64,000 nucleotides of DNA from an uncultured delta proteobacterium (GTDB taxonomy: Bacteria; Desulfobacterota; WTBG01; CAIYCZ01; CAIRTM01). Position numbers and translations under genes: made by a program. Shown in pieces: positions 8,945 to 19,200 of the stretch. The notes beneath the pieces were generated by a model. It was not told the DNA's origin. It saw only the letters and a list, made by a program, of their open reading frames with translations, and searched no databases. The DNA is taken from the NCBI GenBank assembly GCA_903911225.1, contig CAIWCT010000309.1, positions 145-64,144 of the forward strand, read 5' to 3'. Every line of letters starts with the position of its first letter. Positions within the stretch are counted from its first letter, which is position 1.

Positions 8945-9730
8945 ATGCATCAGCAGCACATAAAATATCTCATAGCCCTTGATCTTGATGGCACATCAGT
9001 ATCGTATTCTCCACGTCTTGCAATGGATAATGATCTTATGCATTATCTTGCAGCAGTGCAGAATATGGGGATTGTTTGGGTTATGAATTCCGATCGATAT
9101 ACCGATACCATGGCAGATATTGCATCACTTCTGCCCGGTGAACAAAAACCTCTTGCGCTTTTGAGTTGTCAGCGATTTATACATCTGCGACAGGATGATG
9201 ATGCTTATCTGCCTGTGCAGGAATGGAATGCCGAACAGATCAAATGCCACAGGCTCCTGTGGAACAAAATAAGCCCCTTTTTCCCGCAATGGCGCTTAGA
9301 GGTTGAGTCGCAATTTGCAATACTGGACAGTGCGGTTAATGATCTGGTATTTGCCTACAGGGTGACGCCTGACCAGACCCCTGCCCTTCGACGGCTGATA
9401 CATCAGTTTATCACAGACTGGCCTGATGCACAAATATCCGGAAACAATGACTGGACATTCATTCTACATGCATCATTTTCAAAAGCAAAAATACTGAAAA
9501 AATGCGCTCAACTATTGGGAGTTGCATTAAATCACGTAATAGCCATAGGAGATGGCATGAATGATATTACCATGCTGGATGGTTCAGTAACAAATTATGT
9601 CGGTTGCCCTGCTAATGCTTCACCAGACGTCCTAAGGACGGTTAGGAATGCCGGGGGCATAGTTTCAGTGGAACATGAAGCGGCAGGAACAATTGAAATT
9701 ATTAAAAAGTTTCTTGATAAACTACTTTGA
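8945..9730 (+). CDS. HAD-IIB (Cof-type) phosphatase
   Basis: IALDLDGT (motif I) and GDGMNDITML (motif IV). The ORF-track start at 8879 is TTG, so the ATG at 8945 is preferred. Confidence 0.7.
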   Translation: MHQQHIKYLIALDLDGTSVSYSPRLAMDNDLMHYLAAVQNMGIVWVMNSDRYTDTMADIASLLPGEQKPLALLSCQRFIHLRQDDDAYLPVQEWNAEQIKCHRLLWNKISPFFPQWRLEVESQFAILDSAVNDLVFAYRVTPDQTPALRRLIHQFITDWPDAQISGNNDWTFILHASFSKAKILKKCAQLLGVALNHVIAIGDGMNDITMLDGSVTNYVGCPANASPDVLRTVRNAGGIVSVEHEAAGTIEIIKKFLDKLL

Positions 9731-9757
9731 AAGTCTAGCGGGTCATTTTATCAGGCA

Positions 9758-10783
9758 TCACTGCCAGAGGTGTGCAAGTTGCCGTTTCAAATATTCTTTG
9801 TCAGGATGAAAAGCATGCTCGAGAGCCTGTAAATTGATCGCCTTGAGCTCTGATTCGGTAAATCCCAGCTTTGTGACTGCCTCGACATATTCTCCGCTGA
9901 GGGTAATGGCGGAAATCGCCGGATCATCAGTGTTTATACTAATGGGCACGCCGGCATCCATGATTCGGCGTATAGGATGAACATCCACTGAGGCAATAAC
10001 ACCGGTATGGACATTACTGGTAAGGCATAATTCAAGAAGAATCCGTCTTTCGCGCAGCAAAGCTATTACTTCCTGATCTTCAATCGAACGCACGCCATGC
10101 CCTATACGATCGGCATTAAAATCAATAACGGCTTCGAGAACATTTTTCGGACCACAGGCCTCACCGGCATGTATTGTAAGGTTAAGGCCTGCTTTTTTTG
10201 CCACAGCAAAAAGATCGGAAAACGGCTTTGCGGAATTGACGACCTCGTCACCAGCTATATCAAGGCCATAAAAGTAACCGTGAGGGAGCTGCGACACATA
10301 GCGGACCGTGTTGCGCGCCAGTTCCAGGCCGTAGTCACGACTGATAGTAAGTATGGGTACGACAATGATGTTAAAATCACTTGCCGATTCCTTGACAGCC
10401 GCGCTTATCCACTCTATAACTTCGCATTCCTTGAATTTATTCAGACCGGCAAAATGGCTCGGACTGTATCGAAGCTCAAGATACCGCACATTATCAAGGG
10501 CTGCATCCATTACAGCTGTATAGGCAACATCTTCGATAGCCTCACGGCATGGATAAAATCCGCGATATACTTTAAACTTTTGAAGGAATGTTGAAAACCC
10601 GGGCGACTCCGAGTCCATCTGTATATGCGGACGCAATTTTTCAACAGTGTAGGCAGGAAGTGTCCCGCCATATTTTGAGGCAATTCGCACAAGTGTTTCT
10701 GCTGAAATACTGCCCTCAAGATGACGGTGCAGATCAACTTTTGGAAAAGCTCTCATGTGCTCAAAAAGTTCTTTCTTATCCAT
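9758..10783 (-). CDS. add: Adenosine deaminase
   Basis: VDLHRHLEGS, TIHAGE, RIGHG and SINTDDP motifs. The ATG at 10783 (MDKKELFEH) is preferred to the longer ORF. Confidence 0.85.
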   Translation of the reverse strand: MDKKELFEHMRAFPKVDLHRHLEGSISAETLVRIASKYGGTLPAYTVEKLRPHIQMDSESPGFSTFLQKFKVYRGFYPCREAIEDVAYTAVMDAALDNVRYLELRYSPSHFAGLNKFKECEVIEWISAAVKESASDFNIIVVPILTISRDYGLELARNTVRYVSQLPHGYFYGLDIAGDEVVNSAKPFSDLFAVAKKAGLNLTIHAGEACGPKNVLEAVIDFNADRIGHGVRSIEDQEVIALLRERRILLELCLTSNVHTGVIASVDVHPIRRIMDAGVPISINTDDPAISAITLSGEYVEAVTKLGFTESELKAINLQALEHAFHPDKEYLKRQLAHLWQ

Positions 10784-10849
10784 GGTTTTAAAATATAATT
10801 GGATTTCTTTTATTAAACAAGTTTTTAAATATCTCAATTGGGAGAAACA

Positions 10850-11407
10850 ATGCATTTCATAAAAATAAATAATGTCAGACTGCTGATACTCCTTGTTATT
10901 ACATGTGCACCTGTGTTTCAGCTTGGCTGCTCTTCACCGGACTCTGCCCCATATTATACAGCCATAGTTACCAGTGTATACAACGATCAAACCACAGTTG
11001 AACATTTTTCCCTGCTATACTGGTGGGAGGAACGAGGAGAAACACCATTCCTCAAACCATATAATTTAACTGCAAAAGAGCTAATAGTTGAAGTGCTGTC
11101 GCCTTCAAAAGATGACGCAGTCCGTGTAACGCTCATAACAGAGCGTATTCCATTTGATGGAATAAAAATAATTGATATTGGACTCACCAATACGGGGAAG
11201 CAAATAATAATAACCACAAAAGACGGACGCCGTATAGTGGCTACCACAAATTTTCCCAACATTCTCAAAAAAGATTCATCAGCTGGTTTTGCAGACAATA
11301 CAGTTTTTGTACAAGGTAAAAAAAATGAAAACGGCATACTGGTAGATTTTAAACTTGGATTTGATTTTATTAAAAAAATTGTAATCGTAAACAAAACCGA
11401 TCTTTGA
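10850..11407 (+). CDS. Hypothetical lipoprotein
   Basis: Signal peptide plus lipobox (VFQLGCSS). A GGGAGA RBS lies 6 nt before the ATG at 10850. No recognisable domain. Confidence 0.5.
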   Translation: MHFIKINNVRLLILLVITCAPVFQLGCSSPDSAPYYTAIVTSVYNDQTTVEHFSLLYWWEERGETPFLKPYNLTAKELIVEVLSPSKDDAVRVTLITERIPFDGIKIIDIGLTNTGKQIIITTKDGRRIVATTNFPNILKKDSSAGFADNTVFVQGKKNENGILVDFKLGFDFIKKIVIVNKTDL

Positions 11408-11421
11408 TCCACTGTTTTTCT

Positions 11422-13866
11422 ATGAAGCAACCGCTTATACCTTTGGTTCTGATCTACTCCGCAGGCATTGCTGCAGCTCATTTTGACTGCATACCGATCA
11501 AATTGCTGATTAGTTCTGCCTGTGTCCTCCTACTCTGCCTGCCCGTTGCAAGTATTTCCAAAGCTGTAAAGACTTCAATACTCTGTATCTTCTGTCTTGT
11601 CTTCTGTGCTGGTTATTACAGTCTTTATCCTAAAATTCATCCCGGTACTGCCGACAATACTATAGAGCGCTATGTTGAAAAAGGCAGTGTTTCTGTTGAA
11701 GCTGTTGTTGCAGAGCCCCCGGCAGAGTCACTTAACCGCACAAAACTTTTACTGTCAGTGCGCTCAATTAATGATGAAGAATCGACTGCAGAGGTCACAG
11801 GGAACCTGCTTCTGAGCATTAAAGAAAGCAGCATCCGGTTAAATTATGGAGACCGCATCAGATTTTCATCAACACTGCATAAACCGCGCAATTTTTCAAA
11901 TCCTGGTGGTTTTGATTATGTAAGACAACTTGCCTATAAAAACGTCTACACAACTGCTTTTATTGAAAACGACCAATCAATCACACTGATTAGAAACAAT
12001 GAAGGTAACAGATGGATTATTTTTTCCGAACATCTCCGCAATCAAATACGCAGTTGCATTACCGATGCGACACAATCCCCCTCGCGGGACATACTGCTTG
12101 CGCTGATTATAGGGGAACAGGGCACAATTCCAGAAATCATACGTGACAGGTTCTCCGCCCTTGGTATAACGCATATTCTCTCCATTTCTGGTCTTCATGT
12201 CAGCATTTTTTCCCTGCTCACCTATTGGCTTATATTCAATCTATTGAAACTGTATCCAAGAGCTTTGCTGTATTTCCCTATAAAAAAAATTGCCGTTTTT
12301 CTTTCTATCTTCCCTGTCCTTGGGTACTGCATGATCGCCGGTATGGTAACCCCTGCTACGCGCTCTGGTCTTATGGTTGTATGCTATCTGCTTACCCTGC
12401 TGCTGGATCGACCGCAACACATGCTCCACACATTATTTGTTGCAGCTTTTGCAATTATTGCTGTTTCGCCGCAGTCGCTTTTCGAAATTTCCTTCCAGCT
12501 GTCATTTCTTGCTGTGTTTTGCCTGATCATCCTTGTTCCTGCATGGAAAAAAATAATTAATAAAAAAGAACTTGATCCTTTCAAAAGGATATCACCGCTG
12601 CAAGCAAAACTTACTGCCTATACCGGCGATTCCCTGCTATCATCGGGGGCTGCAATGCTGGGAACAGCACCGATTGTTGCATGCTACTTTCACACATTCC
12701 CCCCCTCGGGCTTTATTACTAATCTTATCATGGTACCCTTCACGGGATTTCTGCTGGTACCTCTCGGCCTTGCTGCAGCAATGATGGTTTTTATCTGGCA
12801 ACCCGGAGCCATGTTGCTTTTTAAAGCTGCAGGGCTGTGCACGGATTTTTTCCTTTATCTTTCAGATATATTCTATGCTGCCCTTGGGAATGCCATTACC
12901 ATTGCCGATCCTTTGTTCTGGGAGATGATTTTCTTTTATATCTTGCTATTCCTGTCAGCTGTATGCCGAACTAGGAAGCAGTGGATACTATATTGCTGTG
13001 GACTGATGTTTTTTTTCGGTGCAGAGTGCGTACAAGCCTTTTATTCCAACCGACCAAATGAATGTATGTCGGTTACATTTCTTGATGTAGGTGCAGGAGA
13101 TGCAGCTGTCTTGAAATTGCCAAACAATGAAGTTGTGATTATTGATGGTGGCGGACTTATGGATGACAGCTTTGATGTTGGCAGAGCAGTTATTGCACCA
13201 TACTTATATTCATGTGGAATAAAAAAAGTTGATTATATTGTCTTAACCCATCCCCACCGGGACCATGCAGGTGGATTACCCTACATTGCACGCACATTCA
13301 ATACGCAGGAATTATGGTATAATGGACAGAATTCATTTCTTGCGCCATATCAGTCTCTGATGGAAACAGCATCGAAAAATAATTGCACCATCATAGCATG
13401 CAATAAATGTGCTCGGCTGCGCACCGTAGGAAATGTAACTTTTGAATTTCTCAGTCCGATGAACGAAACGATAAAAGCATCCGATGAAGACCAAACCGCA
13501 ACCAACAATAATTCTTTAGTTCTTAAAATAACATATGGTGACGTGAGCTTTCTTTTTACCGGGGATATTTTAAAAGAACAAGAATCGACGCTTGTAAAGT
13601 CGGGGGCTGATTTGTCTGCAATTGTACTCAAAGTCCCTCATCATGGCGGACAAGCATCTTCAACGGATGAATTTCTCAATGCCGTACATCCCTTTATTGC
13701 CGTTGTCAGCGGCAGATCATTCGGAAAACGTCAGACACCACACCCGGAAGTTCAAGAACGATTAGATAAATTACATATCAACACTTATGTGACAGAGCAC
13801 TGCGGCGCTATTACCATTAAAACAGACGGCAAAAAGGTGGAGATAAAGCAGCATAAAACTACATAG
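11422..13866 (+). CDS. comEC: DNA internalization-related competence protein ComEC/Rec2 (competence domain + metallo-beta-lactamase domain)
   Basis: Polytopic competence domain (ITHILSISGLHV) followed by a C-terminal MBL fold (VLTHPHRDHAGG ... KVPHHG). Confidence 0.85.
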   Translation: MKQPLIPLVLIYSAGIAAAHFDCIPIKLLISSACVLLLCLPVASISKAVKTSILCIFCLVFCAGYYSLYPKIHPGTADNTIERYVEKGSVSVEAVVAEPPAESLNRTKLLLSVRSINDEESTAEVTGNLLLSIKESSIRLNYGDRIRFSSTLHKPRNFSNPGGFDYVRQLAYKNVYTTAFIENDQSITLIRNNEGNRWIIFSEHLRNQIRSCITDATQSPSRDILLALIIGEQGTIPEIIRDRFSALGITHILSISGLHVSIFSLLTYWLIFNLLKLYPRALLYFPIKKIAVFLSIFPVLGYCMIAGMVTPATRSGLMVVCYLLTLLLDRPQHMLHTLFVAAFAIIAVSPQSLFEISFQLSFLAVFCLIILVPAWKKIINKKELDPFKRISPLQAKLTAYTGDSLLSSGAAMLGTAPIVACYFHTFPPSGFITNLIMVPFTGFLLVPLGLAAAMMVFIWQPGAMLLFKAAGLCTDFFLYLSDIFYAALGNAITIADPLFWEMIFFYILLFLSAVCRTRKQWILYCCGLMFFFGAECVQAFYSNRPNECMSVTFLDVGAGDAAVLKLPNNEVVIIDGGGLMDDSFDVGRAVIAPYLYSCGIKKVDYIVLTHPHRDHAGGLPYIARTFNTQELWYNGQNSFLAPYQSLMETASKNNCTIIACNKCARLRTVGNVTFEFLSPMNETIKASDEDQTATNNNSLVLKITYGDVSFLFTGDILKEQESTLVKSGADLSAIVLKVPHHGGQASSTDEFLNAVHPFIAVVSGRSFGKRQTPHPEVQERLDKLHINTYVTEHCGAITIKTDGKKVEIKQHKTT

Positions 13867-13905
13867 TGTCAGAACGAAAACCCCATTTTTTGAGGGATTT
13901 TGTCG

Positions 13906-13989
13906 TTTCCTGCGGAATCCGGACTCTTTCCAATCGTGATCATGACCAGCTACGGCAATGATCGGGTTGCGGTGGATGCCATAAAAAAC
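13906..13989 (+). pseudogene. Relic fragment of a response-regulator receiver (REC) domain
   Basis: It translates to FPAESGLFPIVIMTSYGNDRVAVDAIKN, compared with YPPESAPFPIVVMTSYGNEQVAVEAMKAG in the neighbouring kinase. Hand alignment gives about 77% nt identity in inverted orientation to 15,680-15,765. A 22-nt perfect core links 13940-13961 and 15698-15719. There is no start codon context and no continuation. Confidence 0.6.
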
Positions 13990-14046
13990 AGGTGTTTTAG
14001 ACTATTCACAGGCACCTGTGTGCGCTCGTGCCAAAAGTGTAGCAGC

Positions 14047-15984
14047 CTACTGCGCACTACCCTCTGCCTCATCCAACACTTTTCTGATTGTTTCTGTCAA
14101 TGTCAATCTATTGACCGGCTTCATAAGAACAGCCTTAATTCCTATCGCTTCCGCCTCTTCATGGGAAAGCCTTGAAGCATAGCCGCTCATCAGAATAATT
14201 GGTATATCGGGCCGTATGCGGTGAATTGCGGCTGCCAATTTATGTCCCGTCATCTTCGGCATGGTCATGTCGGTAATGACCAGATCAAACCCCTTGGGCC
14301 GGTTCCTGAACATTTCCAGCGCCTCATGGGCGCTGCTCTTTGATTCGACCGTGTATCCGAGATTCTCAAGAATTTGCCGACACATGCGCACGATAGATTC
14401 TTCATCATCGACAATAAGTATATGCTCTGTTCCCGAAGTATCTGCTTCTTCATTTATAACTGCTGCTTTTGCCGCTCCCTTGATCACGGGCAGAAATACA
14501 GTAAAGTTAGTTCCCGTACCCGGCTCACTGTATACCGAAATGATGCCTGCGCATTCTTTAACTATTCCATGCACCACTGAAAGCCCCAGGCCCGTTCCCT
14601 CCGCCTTGTCCTTGGTGGTAAAAAATGGATCAAAGATCCGTTCAGAATGTTCTTTCGAAATACCACAGCCCGTATCTGAAACACTGAGTTTGAGATACCT
14701 GCCCGGATCAATGCCGAAGTGTGTTTCAATAAATTCACTGTCTAGGCTTTCTTCGGAAACGCTTATGCTTAACACACCTCCTTTTTGTTTCATGGCATGA
14801 GCTGCATTCGTACAAAGATTCATCATGATCTGATGTATCTGCGTCGGGTCTGCAAGCACAATGGCGTCGCTGCGCAGTTCCTGCTGTATCTCGATTGTCG
14901 CCGGCAGCGATGCCCGCATCAACTTCAAAACCTCTTTCACAATCCGCGATATCTGCACTGGCTCTTTATGCTGTGCCGACTCGCGGCTGAATGCAAGAAT
15001 CTGTTTTACCAGGTCGCGAGCCCTGAACCCAGCCGTCAGCACTTCCTGAAGGTTATTTTCAAGGTCTTCGCCTTTTGGAGCAATGGCCAGCGATAATTCC
15101 GTATAGCCGATAACCGCTGATAAAATATTATTGAAATCATGGGCAATACCGCCGGCAAGCGTCCCTATGGCTTCCATCTTCTGCGCCTGAATTAACCTGG
15201 CTTCAAGCTGCTTTTCTTTAGTAACATCCCGGCCCATGGATACCACGCTGTGTATGACGCCATTCTCATCACGAACAGGTGTCATGGTTAGCTCCAAATC
15301 ACATACTGATCCGTCTTTTTTCTTATCTTTTATGGTTCCTGACCATATTTCCCCCTTGGAAACGATTTCCCATGCTCGTCTGCTCAGATCGCTCGTGTTC
15401 ATCCGGGCAAAAATGCTCTGCCCGATGAGTTCCTCCCTGGGCTGTCCGGTGAATTCTTCCAGCGCCCGATTGACATACTGAATGTTGCCGTCCGGGTCCA
15501 TAATCATAACAGAATCCCGAACCTGCTCAACCGCTGTGACAAGTCTGATGCGGACTTCCTCGGCCTGTATGCGCTGCTGCAAAAGGTTCCATTCGCGCAG
15601 GCAGCGCCCCACAGTGATGGGCATGTCGGTAAATGCTGAGTGGGATTTAACCACATAGTCCAGAGCACCAGCTTTCATAGCTTCAACGGCAACCTGCTCA
15701 TTGCCGTAGCTGGTCATGACTACAATGGGAAAGGGGGCTGATTCCGGCGGATACGATAAAAATTGAACTGCTTTGCCGTCGGGCAGTTGCATGTCCATAA
15801 TAGCAATATCGGGCACACTGGCGGCTATGGACTCCCGGTACTCTTGCAGCGTGCTCACAATCCGTATCTCTGCGATAACGCCAGGGGTCATAAAGGCACG
15901 CCTCAGAGCCTCGGCATGCGCTTGTTCATCTTCGACAATGATGATCTTTGAATTATTTAAATCCATAGGCTTTAGGGCATACAC
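14047..15984 (-). CDS. Hybrid sensor histidine kinase (REC-PAS-HisKA-HATPase_c-REC)
   Basis: N-terminal REC (IAIMDMQLPDG), a PAS domain, H-box HDFNNIL, ATPase N/G boxes (GTGLGLSVV) and a C-terminal REC (LVITDMTMPKMTG). Confidence 0.9.
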   Translation of the reverse strand: MYALKPMDLNNSKIIIVEDEQAHAEALRRAFMTPGVIAEIRIVSTLQEYRESIAASVPDIAIMDMQLPDGKAVQFLSYPPESAPFPIVVMTSYGNEQVAVEAMKAGALDYVVKSHSAFTDMPITVGRCLREWNLLQQRIQAEEVRIRLVTAVEQVRDSVMIMDPDGNIQYVNRALEEFTGQPREELIGQSIFARMNTSDLSRRAWEIVSKGEIWSGTIKDKKKDGSVCDLELTMTPVRDENGVIHSVVSMGRDVTKEKQLEARLIQAQKMEAIGTLAGGIAHDFNNILSAVIGYTELSLAIAPKGEDLENNLQEVLTAGFRARDLVKQILAFSRESAQHKEPVQISRIVKEVLKLMRASLPATIEIQQELRSDAIVLADPTQIHQIMMNLCTNAAHAMKQKGGVLSISVSEESLDSEFIETHFGIDPGRYLKLSVSDTGCGISKEHSERIFDPFFTTKDKAEGTGLGLSVVHGIVKECAGIISVYSEPGTGTNFTVFLPVIKGAAKAAVINEEADTSGTEHILIVDDEESIVRMCRQILENLGYTVESKSSAHEALEMFRNRPKGFDLVITDMTMPKMTGHKLAAAIHRIRPDIPIILMSGYASRLSHEEAEAIGIKAVLMKPVNRLTLTETIRKVLDEAEGSAQ

Positions 15985-16011
15985 GGGGGTCTGCCCTTAT
16001 ATAAATTTAAT

Positions 16012-16085
16012 GGTTATCTCCAAAGCTGAAAGTGTAGGCAACAGCGGGATGCATACACCCAACTGGATTCCCGCCTGCGCGAAAA
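16012..16085 (+). repeat. Partial copy (left arm) of the palindromic MITE-like element found complete at 20056-20242
   Basis: GGTTATCTCCAAAGCTGAA ... CTGGATTCCCGC matches 20055-20118 in the same orientation, including the degenerate REP core. Confidence 0.55.
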
Positions 16086-16115
16086 TAACATGGTTTTATA
16101 AATCCTAAATTTGAA

Positions 16116-16226
16116 TCATGAATCTTGAATCTTTTTAATCGGCAGCGTAAACAAAAAGCACGCCCCCCTTCCCGCCCCCTCCGACTCCACCCATATCGTG
16201 CCGCCATGCGTATCTATAATTTTTTT
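16116..16226 (-). other. Out-of-frame 3' end of the multi-PAS kinase gene (ATPase C-terminus) downstream of a T7 homopolymer
   Basis: With 8 instead of 7 A residues on the coding strand (T7 at 16220-16226), the gene reads ...[43 protein letters not shown], ending at 16116. That is a canonical HATPase_c ending. As sequenced it reads ...LVKKL*. Confidence 0.8.
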
Positions 16227-19200
16227 ACCAGCGCGAGGCCCATGCCAGAGCCTTCCATCTCCGGATTTAATTTCTCAAACAAGCCAAACAGCTTATCCTT
16301 GTGCCGTAGATCGAAACCCATGCCATTGTCGCGCACAAAGCACACAGTCTTGCCGTCCTTTGTTTCAGTACCGATTTCAATCAGCGGCTTGCTCTGCTCT
16401 CCCATGAATTTCACGGCATTGTCGATAAGGTTCTGAAACACCTCCACCAGCCGCACCCTGTCGCCGTAAAGCACTACCGGTTCTTGCGTAACCTGCACAC
16501 GCACGCCGCGCTTGTCGATACGTCCAGCAACCAGGCCAATGGCCTCCTGCGCCATTTCCTGAAGTGTCGCTTCAACCGATGGATTGGTCACGCGACCTAC
16601 CTTCGAGAATTTTAACAGTTCATCGAGCAACGCATTCATATTATTAGCCGCAGACGTTATAAAGACCTGATCCTGCGCAACCTGTTCCGTTATGCCTCCG
16701 GCTAAGTCCTTCGCAAGATGGCCCATAAACGTCTGTATGGTCACCATTGGGCTTTTCAGGTCGTGCGACACAGCATAGGTGAATCTCTCCAGCTCATCTT
16801 GTTTCTGCTTCAGTAACTGTTCAGCAGCCTTGCGTTCGGTGATGTCCTGAGTCGTTCCGATCATCCTTACCGGCCTGCCCTGAGTATCCCGCACCACCTT
16901 TGTCGTGCTGTGTATTGTACGTATACTCCCGTCGCTGTGCATAAACCGGTACTCAAGATCACATTCTTTACCATGCTCCAGCGCTGCCTTCATAATTTCA
17001 GCGCACTGCTGCCTGTTTTCAGGCAGCATCTTGTGCTCCATGAAATGCCAGTAACCGGAACGGGGTGTGACAGCAGGGTCTAAATCATGAACCAGGGGCA
17101 TGTTCTCCGACCAGATCCCGGTTTTTGTTGCATAATCATATTCCCAGCTGCCTATGGCGGCAAGGCGCTGCGCCTCGGTAAGTAATTCCTTATTTTTTCT
17201 CAGCACATCTTCTGTCTGCTTTCTCTTTGTTATATCATGATTTGTGCCGATCAATTTAGTGGGACGGCCGGATTCATCGCGCTGCACGCGCGCATGGGCT
17301 CGCAGATTATGGATGGTACCGTCGGGCCAGACAACACGGAATTCTGTGTCGAATTCCTTTTCGCCACTCTGCGCCTGTTGAAGTTCTGATTCCGCCCGTG
17401 GGAGGTCGTCCGGATGCACGCCATCGTGCCAGGCCTCGTATGTACCTCTGAATGTATCCGGCTCGATTCCGTAGAGATACAACATCTGCTCATCCCAGAT
17501 CAATTTATTGTTAACAATATCAAGCTCCCAGATGCCTATGCCGCCTGCCCGGCAGGCAAGCTGCAGGCGCTCAGTTGCCTGTCGATAAGCCTTATCAGCC
17601 AGCCTGCGCTCAGTGATAAACCGTGCCTGCTGGATATTCTGATAAGCAGCGGTAGAGAGCTGGTTCGCCAGGGTAAACAGGGCCTGGGCAACCAGCCGAA
17701 ACTGTGCCTGCGACATTGATGGAACCTCGCGAAAGGCTTCGATAAAATCCGACTCGTCGGCGCCGATGGTTCGGGCGTAATCCAGCATTTTGTCTTCCGT
17801 CTGCGTTTCATCGCGCACCTGGCCGATCAGCCAGTTGGCGATATGGCGGTCCCCCACGCTGATGCTGGCCCCGGCGTCCCACAGCCCGCCGCTCAGGCAC
17901 GGTTGGATTACGGGTTCCTCTGGGTTGTATCGCCCGATCATGGCATCGGAACGGATGCAGTTGAGGCGCCCCTTTTCAGTGCAGCGGATAATTTTTTCGC
18001 AGAGACGACAAAAGTTGCTCGGCCGGGTAATGGGCGTGCCGTCGGTCTGGGTGATAAGGGATGCCACGCCCGTTGCAGCGGCAAATTCATCCTGAATGCG
18101 CTGGATGGCGGGAAGTTCAAACAAATCATCGAATGCGATGCCCTCAGGCTTATCAAGCGGGCTGGTGAGCGCCACCAAACGCTTCTGGAGCGCTAACTCC
18201 AGCCGCTTGCGCTCGGTGATATCGCGGGCAATGCCGGCAGTTCCAATAATAGTGCCTATGTCGTTAAATAAGGGTGTTTTGATTGTTTCCATGGCAATTG
18301 ATTCACCCTTACGGGTTATCATATATTCCTCAAAAACGCTGCGCTGGCCGGATTTTAAGACTTCAAGATCATGTGTCCGGTATGTAGTAGCCAGCTCAGG
18401 GGACGAGAATTCAAAATCGGTTTTGCCTGCTATGTTCTCGGAAGGATGCCCTGCCCACTGTGCGAAGGCTTCATTCACGGCAATATATTTACCATCAACA
18501 TCCTTGAGCCAGGCCAAGTCCGGAATACTATTAAGTATCGCCTTCTGCAGGTATTCGCTGTCCTTCAGCGCCTCCTCGGCCCGCTTGCGATCAGTGATAT
18601 CGTGGAGGGTTACAAATACCTGGTAGGGTTTGTTTTCTCCCGGTAAAAATAGGGGTAGGGCATTGGCTATCAACCATATATAATCGTTGATTTGGGGATT
18701 AAAAAGTCCGCATACTAAGTCATGCACCGGCTGTCCTGTTCGAAAAGCAGCCATGGAGGGGTGCTCTTCAGGAAGCAACAACGATCCGTCTTCACGGATA
18801 ACCCGCCAGGCCGGGCAGTGGGAATTTCTGGTATAAAATTCCTCCCAGGTCAGGCCGAAAATCCGCAATCCTGCGGGGTTGATGTCAAGAAGACTGCCGT
18901 CGGCAGCCTGGTAAAAAGCGCCTTGTGTCATGCTCTGAAAAAGCGTCCGGTATCTTTTTTCACTCTCGCACAGAGCACTCTCGGCCTGCTTGCGCCCGGT
19001 GATGTCCCGCACGATGCTGAGCATCGCATAGCCGACAGGCAGGCGCACCAGACACACTGTCATTTCCGCGGGGAAACTGCTGCCGTCCTTGCGCACCTGG
19101 TTGATCTCAAAATTGATCTGCTCGCCTGCAAATACTTGGTCCCATAGCCGAGGCTTTCCGTCCCTGAACGCCTCGGGGTCTATGTCTGCAATGTTACTGG

